58,122 bases of DNA, taken from a bacterium (lineage in GTDB: Bacteria > Krumholzibacteriota > Krumholzibacteriia > LZORAL124-64-63). Both the position numbers and the translations under genes were made by a program. The notes below the pieces were generated by a model, which saw only the letters and a list, made by a program, of their open reading frames with translations, did no database searches and was not told the origin of the DNA. Positions within the stretch are counted from its first letter, which is position 1. The number at the start of each line of letters is the position of its first letter. This document shows positions 1 through 7,900 of this stretch, in pieces. The stretch spans positions 1 through 58,122 of the forward strand of contig JANOEP010000026.1 in the NCBI GenBank assembly GCA_031441465.1, read 5' to 3'.

Positions 1-1
1 G

Positions 2-139
2 GACCTTGTGGCAAAGATCGAGAGCTACGTCGCGACGTACAACCGCGAGACCAAGCCGTTCGCCTGGACCGCAACCGCCGATTCGATCCTGGCCAAGATC
101 GAACGGTTATGTATAGCTATTGCCGGGACAGGACACTAG
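2..139 (+). mobile_element. 3' end of IS630-family transposase and probable element right end (truncated by window start)
   Basis: Frame 2 reads DLVAKIESYVATYNRETKPFAWTATADSILAKIERLCIAIAGTGH*, the typical IS630 C-terminus. The stop lies in ...GGACACTAG, typical of IS630 ends with TA/CTAG targets. Not in the ORF track. Confidence 0.85.
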
Positions 140-158
140 GCTCTGGCTGCCAATAGAT

Positions 159-278
159 GGCACGAAATCGACAAATTGCGTGATTGGTGCCCGATATCCT
201 GCGATCATTGTGGGCACGAAATTGACATATTATCGATTTCGTGCCTATAGTCTGGCGTGCAGATCGGGCACGAATTGA
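159..278 (+). promoter_or_regulatory. sigma70 promoter overlapped by repeated GGCACGAAAT operator-like boxes
   Basis: TTGACA at 222-227, 18-bp spacer, TATAGT at 246-251. GGCACGAA(A)T copies at 159, 213 and 267 (direct) and 236-245 (inverted). Confidence 0.7.
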
Positions 279-297
279 GCGATACCGGAGGACGGCC

Positions 298-1725
298 ATG
301 TTCATCGGACGTGTAGAACAGTTGAACGATCTTGCCGCACTCCTGCGCAAGAAGACACCTTCATTGGTCACCTGCCGGGGACGGCGTCGAATCGGAAAAA
401 GCACGCTGATCCGTGAGTTCGCCAAGCAGGCGGATCGCCTGATCGCCATCGAGGGGCTTGCACCGCGGCCTGGATTGACGAACCGCGATCAACTGCAGGC
501 CTTCGGCCGGCAACTCGCCCAGCAGACGAACATCCCGGAAGTCGGTCTGACCGATTGGCCCCAGGCCTTTCGTTTGCTTGGAAGCGCCGTCCGCGACGAG
601 TGGACGGTGATCCTGCTCGATGAAGTCTCCTGGTTGGGTGGACTCGATCCGGACTTCCCCGGCCACCTCAAAGCGGCGTGGGACAACGTGTTCACGGCAC
701 ATCCCCGGCTCGTTCTGGTGCTGTGTGGATCCGTGTCGACATGGATCACGGACAACATCCTGAACAACACCGGTTTCGTGGGGCGGGATTCCTGGGATAT
801 CCTCCTGGAGGAATTGCCCCTGCACCATTGCAACGAATTCTGGGGTGCCGCTGGGGAGGGCGTCAGCGCTGCTGAGAAACTGTGCCTGCTGTCCGTTACC
901 GGAGGCGTACCGAAGTACCTCGAGGAACTGGATCCCGGCCTGACGGCCGAAGAAAACATCCGTCGTCTCTGCTTCCAGCGCGAAGGAATCCTGTTCAGGG
1001 ACTTCGATCAGATTTTCAGCGATGTGTTCGGGAAGCGGGCTGGGAACTACAAAGCCATCGTCGAGTCCCTGGCGCACGGCAGCCGGACGGTGTCGGAAAT
1101 CAGCACGTTGCTCGACAAGGAGCGCAGCGGCCACCTGAGCGGTTACCTGAGGGATCTCGTGCTGGGCGGGTTCCTGGCTCGTGATACGGTTTTCGATCCC
1201 AATACCGGTCGTTCGACGCGAATTGAGAAATATCGCCTGAGCGACAACTATGCGCGATTCTACCTCCGGTACATCGCTCCCCGCCGAGACAGCATCGAAC
1301 GAGGCCTCATGCGCGGACTGTCGCTGGACCAGTTGCCTGAATGGAGCTCTGTCATGGGGCTCCAGTTCGAGAACCTGGTGCTGAACAACGTGCCGTCATT
1401 GGCCCGCCATCTGGGTCTGGGCCGCATGCCTCTGCTCGGTGCCGCCCCCTTCATCCAGCGGGCTACGGCCAGGAGGAAGGGCTGCCAGATCGATCTGCTG
1501 ATGCTGACCAGGCACTCCTTGTACGTCGTGGAGATCAAGCGCCGCAGATTCATTGACGTCTCCGTGGTCGATGCGGTCCGGGAAAAGGTGTTTCGCCTAC
1601 CCGTCGACCGGCGTCTTTCGGTTCGCACGGCTCTCGTCTACGAGGGGAGCCTTGATCCGCGGGTGGAAACGGAAGGCTATTTCAACTTCATCATCCCATT
1701 CTCCCGATTCCTGCAAGGGACCTGA
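298..1725 (+). CDS. AAA-family ATPase (archaeal ATPase_2-like) with wHTH and C-terminal DUF234-like PD-(D/E)xK domain
   Basis: MFIGR start with GGAGG RBS at 287-291; Walker A GRRRIGKST; Walker B ILLDE; TGGVPKYL; C-terminal QIDLL...VVEIK. Confidence 0.85.
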   Translation: MFIGRVEQLNDLAALLRKKTPSLVTCRGRRRIGKSTLIREFAKQADRLIAIEGLAPRPGLTNRDQLQAFGRQLAQQTNIPEVGLTDWPQAFRLLGSAVRDEWTVILLDEVSWLGGLDPDFPGHLKAAWDNVFTAHPRLVLVLCGSVSTWITDNILNNTGFVGRDSWDILLEELPLHHCNEFWGAAGEGVSAAEKLCLLSVTGGVPKYLEELDPGLTAEENIRRLCFQREGILFRDFDQIFSDVFGKRAGNYKAIVESLAHGSRTVSEISTLLDKERSGHLSGYLRDLVLGGFLARDTVFDPNTGRSTRIEKYRLSDNYARFYLRYIAPRRDSIERGLMRGLSLDQLPEWSSVMGLQFENLVLNNVPSLARHLGLGRMPLLGAAPFIQRATARRKGCQIDLLMLTRHSLYVVEIKRRRFIDVSVVDAVREKVFRLPVDRRLSVRTALVYEGSLDPRVETEGYFNFIIPFSRFLQGT

Positions 1726-1835
1726 CGCACTCTGCCCAGACGATGGCGTGATTGCGGCCATGTCGTGCATTGACTTCCCTGCCGCGATCGTGCTCCTTGT
1801 GCTGGTCGCGGTCGGGAGAGACAACGGAGGCGCCC

Positions 1836-2570
1836 ATGATCCACATCGTCCTGGGAATGCACAAATCCGGCACCACCCTGGTCTCCCAGATCCTGCACCA
1901 TTCCGGCATCGACATGGGCGACTTCGACGAGTCGGTCAGCTACGACCGCGGCAACAAGTACGAGCGGGCGTCGGTACTGGATCTGGACATGGACATCCTG
2001 GGCGCGCCCGACGACGAGGTGCTCGACCTGGGCGTGCGCGGCCCGCTGCGGCTGACCGACGCGCAGCGCGCGCGCATGCGGGAGATCATCGCCGACGGGC
2101 AGGCGCGCCACGCCGACTGGGGCTTCAAGGACCCGCGCCTGACGCTGCTCTACGACCTGTGGGCCGTAGAGCTGCCCGAACACCGCCTCATCGCCGTCTA
2201 CCGCGACCCGGCCGAAGCCTGGCCGCGCTTCAAGTGGCGCGGACGCCGCCGTTACCACACCAACTTCGCGCGCGCGGCGGCCTTCCTGGACCGCTGGCAC
2301 GAGCACAACGAGTGCCTCCTGCGTCTGGCGGCCGCGCTGCGGCGGGACGTCCTGTTCCTGAGCTACCACGAGCTGATGACCGGCGACGCGGAACTGCGCC
2401 GGCTGCATGACTTCGTGGGCCGCGAACTGGTCGATCGCCGCCAGAGCGGTCTCTACCGGGGCCGGCCGCACCCCGACCTCTTCCTGCGCGCGGCCGCCTG
2501 GTGGCGCGACCGGCGCACCGGTCGCCCGTCGGCCGCGGTCCTGGCCGAGCTCGACGCTGCCCGGCGCTGA
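1836..2570 (+). CDS. sulfotransferase-family protein
   Basis: PAPS-binding loop GMHKSGTT; WGFKDPR motif; GGAGG RBS before ATG 1836. Confidence 0.8.
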   Translation: MIHIVLGMHKSGTTLVSQILHHSGIDMGDFDESVSYDRGNKYERASVLDLDMDILGAPDDEVLDLGVRGPLRLTDAQRARMREIIADGQARHADWGFKDPRLTLLYDLWAVELPEHRLIAVYRDPAEAWPRFKWRGRRRYHTNFARAAAFLDRWHEHNECLLRLAAALRRDVLFLSYHELMTGDAELRRLHDFVGRELVDRRQSGLYRGRPHPDLFLRAAAWWRDRRTGRPSAAVLAELDAARR

Positions 2571-2648
2571 GGACCGGGCCCGTCACGTTTTTCCCCGGCG
2601 ACCGTATACCCCGGATGTACCCGCACGACCCGGAGGAACGCGACCGCC

Positions 2649-3245
2649 ATGGATCCCCGTCGAGACCTGCGAGACCGCCGCCACGCCCGCCTGCTGCAGG
2701 CGGCGTGTGGCGGCGATCAGGAGGCGTTCCGGCGCCTCTACGCGGATCTGTACGACCCCGTGGCCGGGTTCCTCGGACGAAGGCTCGCTTCCCCGCAAGA
2801 CGTCGAGGATCTGATCTCCACGGTCTTCCACCGTTTCCTGAGGAACCTGTCGGGTTTCGATCCCCGGAAGGGATCGGTGCTGGGTTGGGTCCTGGCCATG
2901 GCCCACCACGCGCTGATCGATCATCTCAGGTCCGCCCGCGAGACCGAGCCGGTGGACGCACTGGCCGAGACGCTGGCGGGCCCGGCGGACGACCCGCTGG
3001 CCGGTCTCATCCGTCGCGAGGACCGCGACCGCGTCCGCGCCGGGCTGCTCCTGCTGCCCGACGGGGACCGCGGCCTGATGGCCCTGCGCTACGGGGACGG
3101 GCTGCGCCACCGGGAGATCGCCGCGATGACGGGACAGAGCGAGGCCGCCGTCCGGCAGCGCCTCTCGCGCGCCCTGCGCGAGCTGCGCCGACACGTGCGC
3201 GGTCCGCACACCTGCGAAGGCGAGGTGGACTATGCGACGCAATGA
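2649..3245 (+). CDS. ECF (sigma70 group 4) RNA polymerase sigma factor
   Basis: GDQEAFRRLY, DVEDL, region 2 WVLAMAHH, region 4 HTH EIAAMTGQSEAAVRQRLSRAL. Confidence 0.92.
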   Translation: MDPRRDLRDRRHARLLQAACGGDQEAFRRLYADLYDPVAGFLGRRLASPQDVEDLISTVFHRFLRNLSGFDPRKGSVLGWVLAMAHHALIDHLRSARETEPVDALAETLAGPADDPLAGLIRREDRDRVRAGLLLLPDGDRGLMALRYGDGLRHREIAAMTGQSEAAVRQRLSRALRELRRHVRGPHTCEGEVDYATQ

Positions 3246-3984
3246 ACTCGAGAGGGCGTTGCGTTCCCTGCACGCGTCCGCGGCGCGCCCCTCGGCGCGG
3301 CACCGCGGGGCTTTGCAGGAGGACCTGCTCGCCCGCCACCGTGAACTTCATCCCCGACGAGGGAGGCCTTTCATGAACCGCATGAGCACCTGGACCCGCC
3401 CCGCGCTGGCCGTCGTGATCCTGCTCGCGCTGGGCATCGCCGCCTGCACCGTGCCCACGAGCTACGAGGTGGGGATGGGGCAGAAGCTGAGCATCACGCT
3501 GCCGGCGTCGGTCGCGAAGGACGACGGCCTGGACCAGCCCCTGCAGGAGATCACCGACTACCTGAATTCCCTGCCCGGCGTCGAGCAGGCCGGTGTGGCG
3601 GTCCGCATCATGGGCGAGGAGGTGTCCCTCGATCTGATGGTCTGGGGGCAGAACCTCGCGGCCGACGATCTCGCGGCCGACCTGCGCGCCCGGTTCCCGC
3701 TGCTGGCCGAGGCCGGGATCGTGAGCGAGGAACTGACCGGCACCGTGCAGGGTTCGCTGGCTGAGGCTTTCGGGCACGCGGCCATCGGTCTGGAAGTCAA
3801 CGGCGACACCGCCGAGGAAGTCCGCGATCAGATCCTCGCGCAACTCGCCGCACAGGGCTTCGGCGGCGACGCCCAGGTCGAGGTCGTCGACGGCGAAGAC
3901 GGGCAGCGACGGGTCAAGATCGAGCTGCACGACACCTGTGTCGTGGACTCTGCGGGCAACAAGGTCATCGTGGAAATGAAATAG
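3232..3984 (+). CDS. putative anti-sigma factor / membrane protein with lipobox (alternative start 3373)
   Basis: Overlaps the sigma stop; short basic N-terminus, one hydrophobic helix ending LGIAAC, acidic extracytoplasmic domain. Confidence 0.65.
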   Translation: MRRNELERALRSLHASAARPSARHRGALQEDLLARHRELHPRRGRPFMNRMSTWTRPALAVVILLALGIAACTVPTSYEVGMGQKLSITLPASVAKDDGLDQPLQEITDYLNSLPGVEQAGVAVRIMGEEVSLDLMVWGQNLAADDLAADLRARFPLLAEAGIVSEELTGTVQGSLAEAFGHAAIGLEVNGDTAEEVRDQILAQLAAQGFGGDAQVEVVDGEDGQRRVKIELHDTCVVDSAGNKVIVEMK

Positions 3985-4010
3985 CGGCGCCGCGGGCGTC
4001 GGGTGGCGAT

Positions 4011-4051
4011 GATCGGCGGGGTCCGGGCGCGGTGCGCGGACCCCGCCGATC
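4011..4051. terminator. 15-bp stem hairpin between convergent genes
   Basis: GATCGGCGGGGTCCG (4011-4025) pairs with CGGACCCCGCCGATC (4037-4051). Confidence 0.6.
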
Positions 4052-4055
4052 TGCG

Positions 4056-4637
4056 TCAGTCCCCGATCACGTATTCGAACGGCCGTTCCAGCAGCAGTTC
4101 GCGGTTCCAGTAGACCTTGACCGCGTAGGTGCCGGGCTCGCGTTTGCGGTCCGGCGCCACGTTGAAGCGGGAGGCGACGGTGACGTCGGGAGCGGGGCCG
4201 ACGACGGCCTCTTCCGCCTCGGCGAAGCGCAGGTTGTTGCCGTCCTTCCAGACGAGCTGCGTGCGCCAGCGTGCGGAATCGGCGGGGGCCACGCTCACCT
4301 CGGCGTACTTGCGGAAGAGTTCCTCGCCGCCGGGCTTCAGCCAGACGACGTGGATCTGGTGGACGCCGGGGGGCAGGTTGCGCAGGTCGACGAAGGCGTG
4401 GATGTTGCGGTCGCGTTCGTCGTCGCTGGCCGCGAAGCGGTCGCCGACCTCGAGGCGCTTGCCGCTCTTGGCGCCGATCCGGCGGCAGAAGACGAGATCG
4501 GCCCGCAGGGCGCCGTTCGTCAGTTTTTCGTCCCCGTCCGCGGCGACGGCCGCCTCGCGGACGGCCTGCACGTCGTCCTGCCCGCAGCCGGCGAACAGGG
4601 CCAGGGCGGTCAGCGCCACCGTGATCAGGATCCTCAT
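4056..4637 (-). CDS. hypothetical lipoprotein
   Basis: Signal MRILITVALTALALFAGC (lipobox FAGC); beta-rich Ig-like body ending GTYAVKVYWN. Confidence 0.75.
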   Translation of the reverse strand: MRILITVALTALALFAGCGQDDVQAVREAAVAADGDEKLTNGALRADLVFCRRIGAKSGKRLEVGDRFAASDDERDRNIHAFVDLRNLPPGVHQIHVVWLKPGGEELFRKYAEVSVAPADSARWRTQLVWKDGNNLRFAEAEEAVVGPAPDVTVASRFNVAPDRKREPGTYAVKVYWNRELLLERPFEYVIGD

Positions 4638-4916
4638 CTGCGCTCCTTCTACTGCCCGGGGTCGCGGACCGGTCCGGCGTTCGGTCCCGGCTGGTCTTGG
4701 CGTTGGCTGGTTTTGGTGTGGGCGCGGCGGGCAGCCCGCTTTTGCCGCCCCCCCCGCGTAAACGCCCGCGGCTAAGCGGGCGAAATCAAAAGCCACAACT
4801 TTAGCGCCCCCGAGGTGCGCCCCCGGGGGGCGGGGGGGTGGGGGGGTTTGGGGGGGGGCGCGGCGGCCGGCCGTTTTGGGCCCCCCCCCCCGCTTCAAGT
4901 CAAGCGGATCTGCGGA

Positions 4917-7900
4917 CTACTTCAAAAGCATCATCTTACGCGCCACGGTCGTGCCGCCCGCCGTCAGACGGTAGACGTAGAGACCCGAGGACGCGCGCGC
5001 GCCCGCATCGTCCTCGCCGCGCCAGACGGCCGTGTGCTCGCCGCCCTCCAGCTCGCCGTCGACCAGCGTGCGGACGACGCGGCCGGCCAGGTCGTAGACC
5101 TTCAGGCCGACCTTGGTCGTGCGCGGCACCGAGAAGCGGATCTCGGTCGACGGGTTGAACGGGTTGGGACGGTTCTGGGCCAGGGCGAGCCGCGCCGGCA
5201 GGCCGCCGTCGTCGACAGGGGTCGGGAAGTCCAGCACGAAGGTGCCGTTCATCGCGTCCTGGCCGCTGTTGAGCGTGGTGTCGAAGCAGACGACCTTGAC
5301 CATGGCCACGTCGCTGCTCGGCACGGTCGCCCAGTTCGGCGACAGCGGCGAGGTCAGCGATCCGGCGCCCAGCACGTAGGGCCAGGTCGCGCCGCCATCG
5401 GCCGAGTAGAGCACGACGGTCGCGCCGAGGCCGGTCTCGTCGTAGGGCGTCCAGGACACCGCGAAGGGTTGCCCGTTGTTGTGGACCGAGCCCGGCTGGG
5501 GCGCGGTGACCGTCACCGTCGGGTCCAGTTCGTCGACGATGCCCTGGTGGCCGTTGAGCGAGAAGTCGTCGACGCCCGCCTCGATCACCGAGCCGCTGCC
5601 GAGGTCCGAGGCGACGAAGCGGAAGCGGACGTTGGCGGTCATGTCTATCAGGCCCGTCAGCGGCACCGTGACCTCCAGCCAGGTGCGGTCGCTGGCCATG
5701 GTGCGCTCGAGATCCACCCAGTTCGTGCCGTCGCTGGTCACCTGCACGACCCAGGTGTCCGAGTTGGGGTTCAGGCCCGTCTCGTTCGTGTACCAGCGGA
5801 AGTAGGTCACCGTGACGTCGTTCCAGCCGGTCAAGTTGTAGACGGGGCTCAGCAGCGTGGTCGTGCCGCCGTCCACGTCGGCGCCGCCCTGGGCGCCGCC
5901 CACGGCGTCCTGGCCGGTGATCCAGCACATCGTGCCCGCGGGGGTGTGGTCGTCCTCGGGCGTGACGGGCGAGTCGTTGATGTAGATCCCGTTCGGGTCG
6001 ACCAGCGTCCAGATGCCGGCGGTGGCGTTGTCACCGGCGATGCCGCCGGTCCAGCTGCCAGCGGACTCCATGTCGGACGCGACGATCAGCGTGTTCTCGA
6101 CCCAGAAACTGGTGGCGGCCGCGGGGGCCCCCGCCGGTTCGAGGGTGCCGAGCCCGATCCCGTCCAGGGCCGAGAACCAGTAGCGGACCCGGCTGCCCAG
6201 GGGCTGGCCCGGGATCTCGCCGCGGTAGCGGCCCGTCACGGGGTCGATCAGGGTCAGGGTCAACTCCTGCAAGCCGCCGCCCGCGCTGGTCAGGTACCAG
6301 CCGTGCAGCTCGTTCAGGCCGCTGTAGTCGTAGACCTCGGTCTCGACGACGTAGGGGCCGGCCGTGTCCGTCGTTCCGGTCAGCACCGTCGTGTTTGCGA
6401 AGGCGGGTCCGGCCACGTCGGTCAGCGCGAAGTCGACCGTGGTGGCCTGGCCTTCGAGGATGACCACGCTGCGGGTCGTGTCCGGCGCGAAGCTCGGGTG
6501 CGAGGCCACGATGTCGTAGACGCCGACGGGCACCGAGCCCAGGTAGGTGCCGGCGGTCGACGAGGTGAAGGCGCGGCCGTTGTCCAGCACGGTGATCAGC
6601 ACGTCCTTGGCCGGCACGCCGCCGCCCGAGGCGTTGGTGACCGTGCCCTGCAGCGTGCCCGTCGGCAGCACCGCGAGCGCCTCGTAGCGGATGGCGCGGC
6701 CGGCGGTCAGGCTCGCCGCGGCGCCGGGGTAGGCGTTCCAGTAGGTGTAGAGCAGCCCGCTGCTGTGGTCGAGGTTCTGCAGGCCCGCCGTCGCGTAGCC
6801 GTTGGTGCCGTCGACCTGCGACACGGCGTTGTACTGGACCTCGATGATCCCGTCGCCGGTGTCGGTGTCGTGGTGGGCCGGGTCGTAGAGGATGACCTCG
6901 AAGGTCTCGGTGCCGCCGCCGACGTCGTTACGCAGGCGGCTCCACTCGACGATCAGGCGGTGGTTGGCGACGTCATGCCACCAGTACACGCCGCCGACCG
7001 CGGACTGCAGGTAGAGGTTGTCCCAGAAGGCGCAGATCATCGCGTCGGGCGAGCCGGAGCAGGGCAGCGTCCAGTTGCGGTAGTTGCGCAGGGAGGTCGC
7101 GCCCATCGCGAGCCAGCCGTTCGAGCAGACGGAGATCTTGTCGAAGGTCTCGCCGTAGTAGGTGAAGTCGAAGGGCAGGGTCAGGATCTCGGTGTCGTCC
7201 TGCTCCCAGCCGTAGTCCGACAGGGGGACGGCCGTGCCCGAGCCGCCCAGGGTGGGATCGATTTCGATCCAGCTGTAGGTCGGGTGGTACGGGTAGGCGG
7301 TGTCGGTGTTGTCGAACGCGTAGTAGCCGTGGGCGTCGGGCCCGAGCGGCTCGTTGGCGGCTGCGACGCCGACCTGCGCGGTGAACTCGACCGTGTCGCG
7401 CGCGCCGGTCGCCGTCAGCATGGCGATCTGGAAGGTGGCGAGGTGGCCGCGGAAGCAGTCGGCGGTCACCGACACGGTGAACGCGTTGGCGGCGTTGCTG
7501 GCCGTGGCGTTGACGGCCATGGGCCCGAAGGCGCCCTGGTCGTCGGTGACGTCGACCCAGGGGCTGCTCGACAGCAGGGTCGCCGCGGCGGCGGTGACGC
7601 CGACGTTGCCGGTGTTGCGCAGCGTGACGCTCAGGGTGCCGGTCTCGCCCGGGTCCAGGCTGCCGCCCGGACCGCCGTAGGCGAAGCTGAGGTAGGTGAA
7701 GGCGCCGGCGTTCAGCTCGAGTTCCAGCAGGGAGGTCCAGGTCGACGCGCCGCTGGTGACCGCGAGGTCGAGCTGGCACTTGTGGGCGGCGGGAGCGCCG
7801 GGCGCCAGCTGGACGGTGAATGGAGCGCTTCCCGGCGCGTCGGCGCCGGCGGCGATGGTGCCGAACGACGCCGAGCCGGACACGACGCTCGCCCAGGGGT

